A DNA stretch of 37,863 bases from positions 1 through 37,863 of the forward strand of contig JAUYDN010000240.1 of the NCBI GenBank assembly GCA_030691775.1, given 5' to 3'. Origin of the DNA: Dehalococcoidia bacterium. GTDB taxonomy: Bacteria > Chloroflexota > Dehalococcoidia > Dehalococcoidales > Fen-1064. Below are positions 16,446 through 25,915 of this stretch, in pieces (within the stretch, counting starts at the first letter, position 1; each line of letters starts with the position of its first letter). The notes below the pieces were generated by a model. It was not told the DNA's origin and ran no database searches. It saw only the letters and a list, made by a program, of their open reading frames with translations. The translations under genes were made by a program, and so were the position numbers.

Positions 16446-16838
16446 TTACACCCTTCTCCGTTTGGGTGGACGGCAACCGTTATGCGGGATGGGCGTGACG
16501 TCCTTGATACTGGTCACTGCCAGCCCCGATGCCTGAAGCGCGCGGATTGCCGCTTCCCGTCCACTGCCCGGTCCCTTCACAAATACTTCTACGGACCGCA
16601 ATCCATAGGCTTGCGATTTTTTAACGGCATCCTGCGCGGCAAGCTGGGCGGCATATGGCGTCCCTTTACGTGACCCCTTAAATCCCACCGTCCCACTGCT
16701 TCCCCAGCTCAGGACATTGCCCTGTGGGTCGGTAATGGTGACGATGGTATTGTTAAAAGACGATTGTACATAAGCCTTCCCCACCGGGATTATCCGGCGT
16801 TCTTTTCTTTTGGCTCTGCTCTTTTTTGGTCCTGCCAT
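16446..16838 (-). CDS. rpsK: 30S ribosomal protein S11
   Basis: [28 protein letters not shown]...[14 protein letters not shown] is canonical S11. Confidence 0.95.
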   Translation of the reverse strand: MAGPKKSRAKRKERRIIPVGKAYVQSSFNNTIVTITDPQGNVLSWGSSGTVGFKGSRKGTPYAAQLAAQDAVKKSQAYGLRSVEVFVKGPGSGREAAIRALQASGLAVTSIKDVTPIPHNGCRPPKRRRV

Positions 16839-16861
16839 TTTACCTCCTGGAGTTACCGGTA

Positions 16862-17251
16862 TTACTTCTTTGAGGTGCCGCGCTTCTTACCTCTGCCGGC
16901 AACGGTCTTGCGGGTGCCACGCCGTGTGCGTGCGTTAGTGCGCGTCCGCTGACCCCTGACCGGTAGATTGCGGCGGTGACGCATTCCTTTATATGAACCG
17001 ATTTCAATAAGACGCTTGATGTTAAGGGTAACCTCTTTACGAAGCTCGCCCTCAACCGTATATTCCTTATCGATAAGGTCGCGGATTTTTGTAAGCTCAC
17101 CCTCAGTGAGGCTATCGGCTTTTGTTTCCGGGCTGATACCAGCCCGGTCTAATATCTTCTCGCTCGTGGCTGGTCCAATCCCGTATATATATTGCAACGA
17201 TACCCAGACCTGTTTTTCTCTCGGTATGTCTACACCGGCAATACGTGGCAT
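16862..17251 (-). CDS. rpsM: 30S ribosomal protein S13
   Basis: [26 protein letters not shown]... is canonical S13. Confidence 0.95.
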   Translation of the reverse strand: MPRIAGVDIPREKQVWVSLQYIYGIGPATSEKILDRAGISPETKADSLTEGELTKIRDLIDKEYTVEGELRKEVTLNIKRLIEIGSYKGMRHRRNLPVRGQRTRTNARTRRGTRKTVAGRGKKRGTSKK

Positions 17252-17271
17252 ATTTCCCTCCTCGCCCGAGA

Positions 17272-17385
17272 CTAGCCCTGTCTCTGCTTGTGCTTGGGCC
17301 GCGTGCAGATTATCCTGACGACCCCGTGCCGCCGGATAACCTTACAGTTTTCGCATCTTGGTTTAACCGAAGCCCTGACTCTCAT
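17272..17385 (-). CDS. rpmJ: 50S ribosomal protein L36 (zinc-binding C+ form)
   Basis: Not in the ORF track. Hand translation of the minus strand gives [37 protein letters not shown] (37 aa), lying between infA and rpsM as expected. Confidence 0.9.
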   Translation of the reverse strand: MRVRASVKPRCENCKVIRRHGVVRIICTRPKHKQRQG

Positions 17386-17396
17386 TGGTTCCCTCT

Positions 17397-17615
17397 TTAC
17401 TTGAACCGGTAGGTGACTCTGCCCCGACCTAAATCATACGGGGACAGCTCGATAAGTACCCTGTCTCCCGGCAAAATCCTGATGTAATTAACCCTCATTT
17501 TCCCCGAAATATGCGCCAGCACTTTGTGCCCGGTCGGAAGCTCCACGCGGAACATGGCGTTGGGCAGTGATTCAACCACAACCCCTTCGACCTCGATTGT
17601 CTCCTTTTTCGCCAT
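17397..17615 (-). CDS. infA: Translation initiation factor IF-1
   Basis: [38 protein letters not shown]...IRILPGD.V is canonical IF-1. Confidence 0.95.
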   Translation of the reverse strand: MAKKETIEVEGVVVESLPNAMFRVELPTGHKVLAHISGKMRVNYIRILPGDRVLIELSPYDLGRGRVTYRFK

Positions 17616-17626
17616 ACCTTCCTTGC

Positions 17627-18394
17627 CTAAATGCTGGTAAGCACTTCAGCTTCACCCTCGGTAATCGCTATGGTATCTTCAAAATGGGCGGACAGGCTCC
17701 CATCACGAGTGCGTACCGTCCACATGTTATCATCCAGTTTTGTCTCCCAGCTACCGATATTCAACATCGGTTCCAGCGCCAGGGTCATCCCTTTTTTCAG
17801 CACCGGACCGACGCCCCGGCTCAAACCCAGCACCGACCTGGTGCTGTTGGGCACCTGCGGGTCTTCGTGCATCTGCCGCCCGATTCCGTGACCCGTATAT
17901 TCCCTGACCACCGCACACCCGCGGGACTCGGCGTATTCCTCGATAGCGGCGGTAACATCCCCGAGCCTGGCTCCAGGACGCGCCGCTTTGATACCCGCCT
18001 GTAACGCCCCCGCTGTTGTCTCCAGCAAACATTTCGCTTTCTCGCTAACGACTCCAGCGGGCACCGTCCGTGCCGAATCACCCTGAAAACCCTTGTATAC
18101 CACTCCAAAATCTATGGAGACAATATCCCCCTCTTTTATTATCCTTTTACCCGGAATTCCATGCACAATCTCATCGTTCACGGAAACGCACAGGTTTGCC
18201 GGGTACCCCCTGTACCCTTTGAACGAAGGCTTTGCCCCGTATAGCTTTGCTTCTCTTTCCGCGATTTCATCCAGCTCGGCTGTTGTCATCCCCGGTTTTA
18301 CCGCGGCGGTTAATACATTCAATACCCTGGCTGTTATCCGGCACGCCTCCCGCATTAAGGCAATTTCTTCATCGGACTTGATGATGATGCCCAT
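17627..18394 (-). CDS. map: Type I methionine aminopeptidase
   Basis: [16 protein letters not shown], the VHGIP and [12 protein letters not shown] metal ligands, and YTGHGIG. Confidence 0.95.
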   Translation of the reverse strand: MGIIIKSDEEIALMREACRITARVLNVLTAAVKPGMTTAELDEIAEREAKLYGAKPSFKGYRGYPANLCVSVNDEIVHGIPGKRIIKEGDIVSIDFGVVYKGFQGDSARTVPAGVVSEKAKCLLETTAGALQAGIKAARPGARLGDVTAAIEEYAESRGCAVVREYTGHGIGRQMHEDPQVPNSTRSVLGLSRGVGPVLKKGMTLALEPMLNIGSWETKLDDNMWTVRTRDGSLSAHFEDTIAITEGEAEVLTSI

Positions 18395-18395
18395 G

Positions 18396-19058
18396 CTATT
18401 TGCGCCCTGCGGCCTCTCTTCTCAGGGCAGTTAGAGTCCCTTTCCGTACATTATCCACCGAGCCTACGCCATTCACCTCAACGAGCTTTCCGGTCCTGGT
18501 GTAATAATCGATAAGTGGCGCTGTCTGCGCGAAGAACACCTTCAACCGCTCGCTGATGGTGGCTGGTTTATCATCATCCCGCTGGTAAAGCTCCCCGCCG
18601 CACCGGTCGCATTTGCCCTCGACTTTGGGCGGCGATGTAATTTTGTGGTAAGGCGACTGGCACTGCCGGCAAATCCAGCGTCCGCTCAGCCGTTTCATCA
18701 GCTCTTCATCAGCCACCTTTATGTAGACGACTTCATCAATCGCTTTACCCTGTTTTTCCAGCGCCTTATCTAACGCCTCTGCCTGGGCGAGTGTCCGCGG
18801 GAAGCCATCGAAGATGACCCCCTGCCGGCAATCGGGTTTGCTGATTCTTTCCAACAGCATCGCTACCGTAATCTCATCCGGCACGAGCTTACCTTTTTCC
18901 ATATACTCCCTGGCTTTCAAACCCAGCGCCGTGCCCTGTTTCTGCGCCTCACGGAACATATCGCCCGTGGCAATATGCGCCAGCTTGAGTTCCCGGGCGA
19001 CTTCCACTGCCTGTGTGCCTTTGCCCGCGCCCGGAGCACCTAATAAAATTATATACAT
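18396..19058 (-). CDS. adk: Adenylate kinase (Zn-lid form)
   Basis: MYIILLGAPGAGKGTQ P-loop, with lid CRQCQSPYH...CDRCGG (4 Cys). Confidence 0.95.
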   Translation of the reverse strand: MYIILLGAPGAGKGTQAVEVARELKLAHIATGDMFREAQKQGTALGLKAREYMEKGKLVPDEITVAMLLERISKPDCRQGVIFDGFPRTLAQAEALDKALEKQGKAIDEVVYIKVADEELMKRLSGRWICRQCQSPYHKITSPPKVEGKCDRCGGELYQRDDDKPATISERLKVFFAQTAPLIDYYTRTGKLVEVNGVGSVDNVRKGTLTALRREAAGRK

Positions 19059-19079
19059 ATTTTCCCTAAGTCATAACCT

Positions 19080-19121
19080 CGATAAATCCGAAGCACGAAT
19101 GTCGAATTTCGAAAAAATTTG
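19080..19121. repeat. Degenerate heptanucleotide tandem array
   Basis: CGATAAA TCCGAAG CACGAAT GTCGAAT TTCGAAA AAATTTG. Confidence 0.5.
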
Positions 19122-19163
19122 TCACGGCGCCGTGGCGCCGCCCACGAACAATGAAAATGGAGG

Positions 19164-19275
19164 TGTCATTCTGGAGCGAAGCGAAGAATCTCAGGGAAGG
19201 GCTATTTTCCCCCGCCACCAGATTCTTCGTCGTCCCGATAAAGTACAGGAGGGTCGGGACTCCTCCAGAATGACA
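19164..19275. repeat. MITE-like palindromic element, 112 bp, TIRs TGTCATTCTGGAG / CTCCAGAATGACA, inside the secY-adk spacer
   Basis: Perfect 13-nt TIRs, an internal GCGAAGAATCTCAG / CCAGATTCTTCG inverted pair, and the hairpin gtcccga...tcgggac. It is preceded by CCACGAACAATGAAAATGG. Same family as 12243-12397. Confidence 0.65.
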
Positions 19276-19297
19276 AGATAGAATCCATTTTCTACGT

Positions 19298-19381
19298 AAA
19301 TTCCAAAATCCAATTAACAAATGTTTCAAGCCTTTAGATTTACCTAATTTTTTCATTACTTCGGATTTCGAACTTGACTCC
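19298..19381. repeat. Degenerate heptanucleotide tandem array
   Basis: AAATTCC AAAATCC AATTAAC AAATGTT TCAAGCC TTTAGAT TTACCTA ATTTTTT CATTACT TCGGATT TCGAACT TGACTCC. Confidence 0.5.
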
Positions 19382-19413
19382 CCGTTATATGATTTGGAGT
19401 CAGTAAAAGTATT

Positions 19414-20733
19414 TTACTTAATAAACCCTTCATAGCGGCGCATGGTCAACTGCGCTTCCAGTTGTTTCATGGTATCCAGTATCACGCCTACCATGATGAG
19501 AAGACCTATGCTGGAGAGCTGGATTACCTGGACGTTGGTGATACTGCTCGCCAGGAAGGGGATGACCGCAATGAGCGCCAGGAAGAGTGCCCCTGTCAGG
19601 GTTATCTTGGTGATGATATTGTTAAGGAACGATTCTGTATTCTTACCCGGCCTGATGCCCGGGACGAAACCACCCTGTCGCTGGAGCATGCCGGGCAGGT
19701 CCTGCTGTTGAAAGATAACCATAGTGTAAAAGAAGGTAAAGAACAGCGTGAGCAGGAAATATGCCGCCCAGTATACCAGCCCGAGCGGTAAAGACGTATC
19801 CGGGCTGAAAATGTTAACAATCTGGTTAGCCAGGTTCGGCTCGGCGCCCTGCGGATTGGCAAAATAGCTGGCAATCATGCCCGGGAACAGGACCAGGGAC
19901 ATGGCGAAGATAAGCGGAATCATACCGGCGGAGTTCACCCGCAAAGGTATGTGCGTGCCACCGCCTGAGCGGTACATACGACCACCCCGGAATTGAGTGC
20001 GCGCGTACTGCACGGGAATGCGGCGGTGCGCTTCCGTGAAAACGATAATCATGACAATCGTTGCCAGCATAATCAAAGCAAACACAAAAAGCCCGATGAA
20101 CTGCTGTCCCGCCACGAGCACGCCCTGCCCGATCATGGTCGGGTACCCGGTGACAATGCCGGCAAAAATGATAATGGAGACGCCATTGCCGATGCCGTAC
20201 TCCGTAATCAATTCGCCCATCCATACCAGGAACATCGTGCCTGCTACCATGGCGGAAATCATTGAAACCAGGGATAGCGGGTCGGGTGTGGCGACGACAC
20301 CGGCACGCTGGAGTATTATCAGTTGCCCGTAGCCGGAGACAGCCGCCAGGGGGACGGTAAGCCAGTGGCTGATGCGGTTCATGGTGTTCCGGCCGGCTTC
20401 ACCTTCCTGTGATAACTGCTGGAGGCGAGGGATTACCGGCGTCATCAACTGCAGGATGATGGTAGAGGTAATATAAGGGTAGACGCCCATTGCTGCTACG
20501 CTGAAGTTCCTCATTGCACCACCGCTGAACAGGTCCAGCATGCCGAGTAAAGCGTTCTCGGAAAAGAGGTCACGCAGTTTCGCCGCGTCCACACCCGGAA
20601 GAGGAACGTGCGCAATGAACCGGAAGGCAACCAGGATACCCAGAGTAATAAGAATCCTCAGCCGCAGGTCGGGCAGACGGAAGGCATCGAGCATCGCCTG
20701 GATAAGTCTGGGCATCGTGGTCCGCTGGCGCAT
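19414..20733 (-). CDS. secY: Preprotein translocase subunit SecY
   Basis: 439 aa with 10-TM-type hydrophobicity, LRLRILITLGILVAFR and GMGVYPYITSTIILQL. The start could also be the Met 6 codons downstream. Confidence 0.95.
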   Translation of the reverse strand: MRQRTTMPRLIQAMLDAFRLPDLRLRILITLGILVAFRFIAHVPLPGVDAAKLRDLFSENALLGMLDLFSGGAMRNFSVAAMGVYPYITSTIILQLMTPVIPRLQQLSQEGEAGRNTMNRISHWLTVPLAAVSGYGQLIILQRAGVVATPDPLSLVSMISAMVAGTMFLVWMGELITEYGIGNGVSIIIFAGIVTGYPTMIGQGVLVAGQQFIGLFVFALIMLATIVMIIVFTEAHRRIPVQYARTQFRGGRMYRSGGGTHIPLRVNSAGMIPLIFAMSLVLFPGMIASYFANPQGAEPNLANQIVNIFSPDTSLPLGLVYWAAYFLLTLFFTFFYTMVIFQQQDLPGMLQRQGGFVPGIRPGKNTESFLNNIITKITLTGALFLALIAVIPFLASSITNVQVIQLSSIGLLIMVGVILDTMKQLEAQLTMRRYEGFIK

Positions 20734-21182
20734 TAGCTGACCTCCTCCGCTTTACCGCCCGCCGCTTCGATTTTGCTTTTAGCGCTGGCGGAGAATTTAC
20801 TGGCTTTCACGGTAAGCGCCCTGGATACCTCTCCGGTACCGAGAACCTTCACAGGCTTTTGCGTGGTTTTTATAATTCCAGCCTTGACCAGCTCTTCGCT
20901 GGTGATTACGGAACCTGCTTCAAAGCCAGCCAGGTCGGTCAGGTTAACCACGGAATATTCTGTCTTGAATATATTGGTGAAACCGCGCTTGCTGGGGAGG
21001 CGTTTCACGATGGGCAGTTGCCCGCCTTCGAAGCCGGGCTTCATCCTGTACCCACTGCGTGATTTCTGGCCCTTACAACCGCGTCCGGAATAACTGCCTT
21101 TATGGCTACCATCGCCCCGCCCCACCCGCTTGCGGTCTTTACGGGCGCCGGGCGCCGCAGAGAGCGTATCCAGCCTTATCAA
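20733..21182 (-). CDS. rplO: 50S ribosomal protein L15
   Basis: [32 protein letters not shown] is canonical L15. Confidence 0.95.
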   Translation of the reverse strand: MIRLDTLSAAPGARKDRKRVGRGDGSHKGSYSGRGCKGQKSRSGYRMKPGFEGGQLPIVKRLPSKRGFTNIFKTEYSVVNLTDLAGFEAGSVITSEELVKAGIIKTTQKPVKVLGTGEVSRALTVKASKFSASAKSKIEAAGGKAEEVS

Positions 21183-21361
21183 TTTGCTTCCTCCACCCTG
21201 ACGAGATGTCTTACTTTTTGAATCATACCCCTGAGAGAGAGCGAGTCCTCGCGGGTAACGCTCTGGTTAAGACGGTGGAACCCCAGTGATTGGAGGGTCG
21301 CCTTCTGGTCTTTACTGTAACCGATGCCGCTTTTAACCCAGGTAACCTTTAATTTAGCCAC
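21179..21361 (-). CDS. rpmD: 50S ribosomal protein L30
   Basis: GTG 21361 gives (M)[57 protein letters not shown], 60 aa. The ORF-track N-terminal extension runs through the rpsE 3' end. Confidence 0.9.
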   Translation of the reverse strand: MAKLKVTWVKSGIGYSKDQKATLQSLGFHRLNQSVTREDSLSLRGMIQKVRHLVRVEEAN

Positions 21362-21881
21362 CTTTAGCCGCCTCTCCAGCCTCCGCGACCGCTTGTTTCC
21401 GTTCGCGGACCACATCCGCGGGGTACCGTAGCCTGCGTAATGCCTCAACCGTCGCCCGGGCTACGTTTGTCTTATTGGAGGTGCCCAGCGATTTGGTGAG
21501 GATATCTTTCACCCCGGCTGCTTCCAGCACGGCGCGCACACTGCCGCCGGCGATGATACCGGTGCCCGGCGCCGCGGGCTTGAGTAGTATCTTTGCCGCA
21601 CCCATCTTTAGCTCGATTTGGTGGGGGATGGTACCACCGGCGAGAGGCACGGTAATGAGGCTCTTACGCGCTGTAGCACCTGCTTTGTTGATTGCTACCG
21701 GGACCTCATTGGCTTTACCCATGCCCACACCCACATGCCCATTGCCATCCCCGGTCACCACCAGGGCACTGAAGCTGAGGCGTTTGCCACCCTTCACTAC
21801 CTTGGCAACGCGGTTAATATATATCAGTTTATCGGTCAGGGTCAATTCAGATGGGTCGATTTTACTTGTGCCAAATGCCAT
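21354..21881 (-). CDS. rpsE: 30S ribosomal protein S5
   Basis: [39 protein letters not shown] is canonical S5. Confidence 0.95.
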   Translation of the reverse strand: MAFGTSKIDPSELTLTDKLIYINRVAKVVKGGKRLSFSALVVTGDGNGHVGVGMGKANEVPVAINKAGATARKSLITVPLAGGTIPHQIELKMGAAKILLKPAAPGTGIIAGGSVRAVLEAAGVKDILTKSLGTSNKTNVARATVEALRRLRYPADVVRERKQAVAEAGEAAKGG

Positions 21882-21905
21882 AGCTTTTATCCTGTCGTCG
21901 TATTT

Positions 21906-22271
21906 CTAAAATTTAAGCCCGGCTTTACGCGCCGCTTCACCGAGGGCTTTGACGCGCCCGTGATAACGGTAGCCGCCGCGGTCAAAAGCTACCTGGGTTA
22001 CGCCTTTTTCCAGTGCGCGCTTTGCAACCGCGGTACCTACCAGCTCGGAGACTTCACCCTTCTTTTTCCCATCTACCTGTTCTTTAATATCCTTATCAAT
22101 GGACGATGCCATTACCAGTGTGTTCCCTTTGACATCATCGATGACCTGGGCATAAACATGGTTCAAGCTCCGGAACACACAGAGGCGGGGACGCTCCGCG
22201 GTGCCGCTCAGTTTTGCCCGGATGCGAACGTGCCGCTTGGCGCGGGCGAGCTTGCGATTAAACACTGCCAT
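21906..22271 (-). CDS. rplR: 50S ribosomal protein L18
   Basis: [34 protein letters not shown]...[20 protein letters not shown] is canonical L18. Confidence 0.95.
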   Translation of the reverse strand: MAVFNRKLARAKRHVRIRAKLSGTAERPRLCVFRSLNHVYAQVIDDVKGNTLVMASSIDKDIKEQVDGKKKGEVSELVGTAVAKRALEKGVTQVAFDRGGYRYHGRVKALGEAARKAGLKF

Positions 22272-22823
22272 CTATTTTCTCCCTATTGCCTTTCCAGCTT
22301 TACCCGGTTTGAGACGCACCGGCACGCCGGCTAAGCGCAACCCTTTGCCCTTGTACGGGTCGTGCGGTTTAATAGCTAAAATCTTCGCGGTCACTTCGCC
22401 CACCAGCTCCTTATCGATGCCAGCGATTTTGAGGCGGTTGACGCCTTCGACGTTGAACGTCACGCCCGCCACCGGTTTCAGTTCCACCGGGTGCGAGTAG
22501 CCAACGTTCAGCACAATTTTATCCCCGGTCTTCTGGGCGCGGTAACCAACGCCGACAATCTCCAGCGTCTTCTCGAAACCCTTGTTGACACCCTCCACCA
22601 TATTCGCCAGCAGGGCGCGACTGAGACCGTGCAGTGCGCGTGCTTCACCGGTATCATTGGCACGGGTGACGACGAGGCGGTCGTCCTCCAGTTTCACCGT
22701 GATAACATCGACAAAACGCCGGCTCAGCTCGCCCCTGGGACCTTTCACGGTCACCGAGCTATCTTCAACCTTGACGGATACCCCTTTAGGTACCGGTATT
22801 GGCAAACGCCCGACTCGAGACAT
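22272..22823 (-). CDS. rplF: 50S ribosomal protein L6
   Basis: MSRVGRLPIPVPKGVSVKV...VTVKGPRGEL is canonical L6. Confidence 0.95.
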   Translation of the reverse strand: MSRVGRLPIPVPKGVSVKVEDSSVTVKGPRGELSRRFVDVITVKLEDDRLVVTRANDTGEARALHGLSRALLANMVEGVNKGFEKTLEIVGVGYRAQKTGDKIVLNVGYSHPVELKPVAGVTFNVEGVNRLKIAGIDKELVGEVTAKILAIKPHDPYKGKGLRLAGVPVRLKPGKAGKAIGRK

Positions 22824-22834
22824 AACTTTAATAA

Positions 22835-22942
22835 AATCCTAAATTCTAAACTCTAAATCCTGAACAAACTCAAAACGTTTATAGTATCTCAGGTTTCGGA
22901 TTTTGATATTGTTTAGATATTAGACATTAGATATTAGAATTT
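22835..22942. repeat. Two heptanucleotide tandem arrays in the rpsH-rplF spacer
   Basis: 22835-22876 reads AATCCTA AATTCTA AACTCTA AATCCTG AACAAAC TCAAAAC. 22894-22942 ends ...AGATATT AGACATT AGATATT AGAATTT. It contains the 20-mer shared with 13104-13123. Confidence 0.7.
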
Positions 22943-22960
22943 ACCCCTTTCCTCGCTTTT

Positions 22961-23359
22961 TTACCAGATGTAACAGATTAGCTCTCCGCCGATTCCCTGC
23001 TTCCAGGCTTTTTGCCCGGTCATCAACCCTTTGGGAGTGGAGAGGATAGCGACGCCGAGCCCGCTATAGACACGCGGAATTTCTTTTTTCTGGACGAAAA
23101 TCCTCAATCCCGGCTTGCTGACACGCTCCAGACCGGTCAGGACCGACTGGTGCCGTTCCTGGTATCGGAGTTGGATTTTAATCACCTTTTGAGGTTTGCC
23201 TCGGACAACCTCATAGTCCTTGATAAAGCCTTCTTCCTTAAGAATTTTGGCGATTGCCAGCTTCATTTTAGAAGAAGGCACGAGTACCGAATCGTGCCGT
23301 GCGAGCACGGCGTTCCGTATTCGGGTCAGCATATCTGCAACTGGGTCTGATATTGTCAC
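22961..23359 (-). CDS. rpsH: 30S ribosomal protein S8
   Basis: [17 protein letters not shown]... is canonical S8. Confidence 0.95.
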   Translation of the reverse strand: MTISDPVADMLTRIRNAVLARHDSVLVPSSKMKLAIAKILKEEGFIKDYEVVRGKPQKVIKIQLRYQERHQSVLTGLERVSKPGLRIFVQKKEIPRVYSGLGVAILSTPKGLMTGQKAWKQGIGGELICYIW

Positions 23360-23387
23360 CCTTGCGCCCCCTTTGACCGTAGTGTCC

Positions 23388-23573
23388 TTACCAGCTTGAT
23401 TTCCTCACGCCGGGAATTTTACCCGAGAGCGAAAGCTCCCGGAAACAAATGCGGCACAGGCCAAACCGCCGCATATAAGCGCGTGGTCTACCGCAGGTCT
23501 GACAGCGGTTGTGCTGTTGTACCTTGAACTTGGGCGGACGTTTCCATTTTGCTATCTCAGATTTTTTAGCCAT
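23388..23573 (-). CDS. rpsZ: 30S ribosomal protein S14, type Z (zinc-binding, 61 aa)
   Basis: [23 protein letters not shown] gives CxxC...CxxC, and the 61-aa length is typical of the short form. Confidence 0.95.
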   Translation of the reverse strand: MAKKSEIAKWKRPPKFKVQQHNRCQTCGRPRAYMRRFGLCRICFRELSLSGKIPGVRKSSW

Positions 23574-23583
23574 TAGACTCCAA

Positions 23584-24126
23584 TCAATCCTTACTGAAGG
23601 GTACGCCCATCAGTTCCAGCAAGAGACGGCCGTCTTCATCCGTGCGGGCAGTGGTGACGATAGTTACTTCCAGCCCGCGTACCTTATCGATTTTATCGAA
23701 CTCGATTTCCGGAAAGATGGTCTGTTCTTTGAAACCGAGAGAATAGTTCCCGCGCCCATCAAAAGAATTGCGGGGAATACCGTGGAATTCGCGGATACGC
23801 GGTAAAACCACGTTTACCAACCGCTCGATGAAATCGTACATACGCCCGCGGCGTAACGTTACCTTCATACCTATTGGCATGCCTTCCCTCAGCTTGAAGT
23901 TGGCTATCGACCGCTTGCTCCGGGTAATGATGGGCTTTTGCCCGGTGATAATGGGCAGGTCCTTCTCGGCGCCTTCCAGCGCTTTGGCGTTGGCAATCGC
24001 TTCCCCGAGACCGATGCTGACGATGACCTTCTCCACGCGGGGTACTTCCATAATGTTCTTGTAGCCCCTCATCTCCATCAGCCTGGGCACAATCTCTTGT
24101 TTGTATCTTTCTTTCAAACCAGCCAT
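23584..24126 (-). CDS. rplE: 50S ribosomal protein L5
   Basis: [40 protein letters not shown] is canonical L5. Confidence 0.95.
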   Translation of the reverse strand: MAGLKERYKQEIVPRLMEMRGYKNIMEVPRVEKVIVSIGLGEAIANAKALEGAEKDLPIITGQKPIITRSKRSIANFKLREGMPIGMKVTLRRGRMYDFIERLVNVVLPRIREFHGIPRNSFDGRGNYSLGFKEQTIFPEIEFDKIDKVRGLEVTIVTTARTDEDGRLLLELMGVPFSKD

Positions 24127-24127
24127 A

Positions 24128-24439
24128 TTAATCTATCGCCTCTTTACAACTGCGGCAGATACGTACCTTGCGGCCGTCTTCCAGCGTTTTAGCTCCGACC
24201 CGTGCGGGTTTATTACAGCGGGTGCAAACGAGCATGACGTTGGAGATGGCGATGGGTGATTCACGCTCGATGAGCCCTGCCTGCCTGACCTGCGCTCTGG
24301 CTCTGCTGTGTGTTTTTATCATATTCACGCCTTCGATGAGCACCCGGTTTTCCTTTGTGTACACGAAGCGGATTTTTCCTTTTTTACCTTTGTCCTTACC
24401 TGCGATGACAAGGACCATATCCTCTTTGTGAATCTTCAT
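24128..24439 (-). CDS. rplX: 50S ribosomal protein L24 (with CxxC...CxxC in the C-terminal part)
   Basis: KOW region [16 protein letters not shown], with C-terminal [27 protein letters not shown]. Confidence 0.95.
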   Translation of the reverse strand: MKIHKEDMVLVIAGKDKGKKGKIRFVYTKENRVLIEGVNMIKTHSRARAQVRQAGLIERESPIAISNVMLVCTRCNKPARVGAKTLEDGRKVRICRSCKEAID

Positions 24440-24448
24440 ACGTTTTCC

Positions 24449-24817
24449 TTAAAGCACCTCCGGCGCCAGCGAAAGAATCTTGGTGAACAGCTTATCGCGC
24501 AGTTCCCTGGCAACCGGTCCGAAGATGCGGGTACCCTTGGGGTTGTTTTTTTCTGTCAGAATCACAGCGGCGTTGTCATCGAACCGGATGTAAGTACCAT
24601 CGGGGCGCCGTTTCGGTTTTTTAGTGCGGATAACTACGGCGCGGACCACATCGCCCTCTTTCACCGAGCCACCCGGGATGGCTTTCTTGACTGCCGCCAC
24701 GATGACATCTCCCACGTGGGCGTAACGGCGTCCACTGCCGCCGAGGACGTTGATGCACATTATCTGTCTCGCCCCGGTATTATCAGCCACTTTCAGCCTG
24801 GTGTAAATCTGAATCAC
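24449..24817 (-). CDS. rplN: 50S ribosomal protein L14
   Basis: [17 protein letters not shown]... is canonical L14. Confidence 0.95.
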   Translation of the reverse strand: MIQIYTRLKVADNTGARQIMCINVLGGSGRRYAHVGDVIVAAVKKAIPGGSVKEGDVVRAVVIRTKKPKRRPDGTYIRFDDNAAVILTEKNNPKGTRIFGPVARELRDKLFTKILSLAPEVL

Positions 24818-24835
24818 GTTAATCCACCCTAATTA

Positions 24836-24898
24836 CAGTTATCAGTTATTAGTTATTAGACATTAGACATTGGATATTAATATTGTTATTGTTATTTG
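24836..24898. repeat. Heptanucleotide tandem array (9 units) in the rpsQ-rplN spacer, overlapping the rpsQ stop
   Basis: CAGTTAT CAGTTAT TAGTTAT TAGACAT TAGACAT TGGATAT TAATATT GTTATTG TTATTTG. Confidence 0.75.
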
Positions 24899-25242
24899 TC
24901 TTCTACCGGTGCCGCGGCTACCGGTTCGACCTCCACCTTCGGTTCTGCTTTAATCAATTTGGGTTCGATTTCTTCCGGTTTGACTTCAATTGCGGCCGCC
25001 TTCACCAGGATTTCACTCACGCGCCAGCGTTTCTCCCGGGAAAGCGGACGTGTCTCCACGATGCGTACCCTATCCCCGATGGCACACTCGTTCTTTTCGT
25101 CGTGCGCCTTGTATTTCACAACGTTCCGGATAGTCTTCTTATAAACGGAGTGGTGGCGGTACGCTTCAACCCGGACAACCACAGTTTTGTGCATTTTATT
25201 ACTCAGCACCTGCCCCACCTTGGTCTTTTTCATCGCTGGCAT
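24892..25242 (-). CDS. rpsQ: 30S ribosomal protein S17 with ~35-aa acidic/Pro-rich C-terminal tail
   Basis: [18 protein letters not shown]...KYKAHDE.N....GD.V.I.E.RPLS..K.W core, then [35 protein letters not shown]. Confidence 0.9.
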   Translation of the reverse strand: MPAMKKTKVGQVLSNKMHKTVVVRVEAYRHHSVYKKTIRNVVKYKAHDEKNECAIGDRVRIVETRPLSREKRWRVSEILVKAAAIEVKPEEIEPKLIKAEPKVEVEPVAAAPVEDK

Positions 25243-25257
25243 AGATATCTCCCCTTC

Positions 25258-25467
25258 TTACGCCGATTGCTCCTGGCTTTCCAGCGCTCTCTCCCTCAAT
25301 ATCGTTTGTATCATGGCAATCTGTCTTCTGACACGCGGAATCTCGCGGTGATTCACCAACTGCCGGGTGTTGACTTTGAGATGCAGGTCGAACAACTGCT
25401 GGTAAGTCACCTGGAGATGTTTGGTAACTTCATCCGTGCTCAATGCACGTAGTTCATTAGCTTTCAA
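25258..25467 (-). CDS. rpmC: 50S ribosomal protein L29
   Basis: [18 protein letters not shown]...LFDLHLKV is canonical L29. Confidence 0.9.
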   Translation of the reverse strand: MKANELRALSTDEVTKHLQVTYQQLFDLHLKVNTRQLVNHREIPRVRRQIAMIQTILRERALESQEQSA

Positions 25468-25915
25468 CGGTCGCTAGCTCCTTGCTTTTTGCTGTCCCGA
25501 AGAGGGAAGCTTTACGGATGACAAACCTGGTGGGCACAGGCAATTTGTTGGAGGCAAGCCGCATGGCTTCCTTTGCCAATGCCTCGTCTACACCACCCAT
25601 CTCGAACATAATCCGGCCGCGCTTGACCACGGCAACCCAGTGGTCGGGTGCGCCTTTACCGGAGCCCATACGGGTTTCTGCCGGTTTCTTGGTCACGGAC
25701 CTGTCCGGGAAAACGCGTATCCAGACCTTACCGCCACGGCGGATATGATGGGTGATGGCGCGTCGTGCCGCCTCAATCTGGCGGGCGGTCAGCCACACAG
25801 ACTCCAATGCCTGCAATCCGTAGTCCCCAAACGCCACGGTATCGCCGGAATGCGCGGCACCCTTACGCCGTCCCTTATGAAATTTCCTGAATTTAACACG
25901 TTTAGGTTGTAGCAT
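25457..25915 (-). CDS. rplP: 50S ribosomal protein L16
   Basis: [19 protein letters not shown]... is canonical L16. Confidence 0.95.
   Translation of the reverse strand: MLQPKRVKFRKFHKGRRKGAAHSGDTVAFGDYGLQALESVWLTARQIEAARRAITHHIRRGGKVWIRVFPDRSVTKKPAETRMGSGKGAPDHWVAVVKRGRIMFEMGGVDEALAKEAMRLASNKLPVPTRFVIRKASLFGTAKSKELATVES

Noticed and set aside
19123-19134. Perfect 12-nt palindrome cacggcgccgtg
   Set aside because: It is a single short palindrome in a repeat-rich spacer, with no second copy seen and no adjacent gene that it could plausibly regulate.
21618-22334. 238-aa plus-strand ORF
   Set aside because: It runs antisense across rpsE, rplR and the rplF 3' end, so it is a shadow ORF. The same reasoning rejects 640-1488, 5327-5944, 11543-11974, 13138-13557, 24308-25452, 27614-28258, 28138-28919 and 36007-36384.
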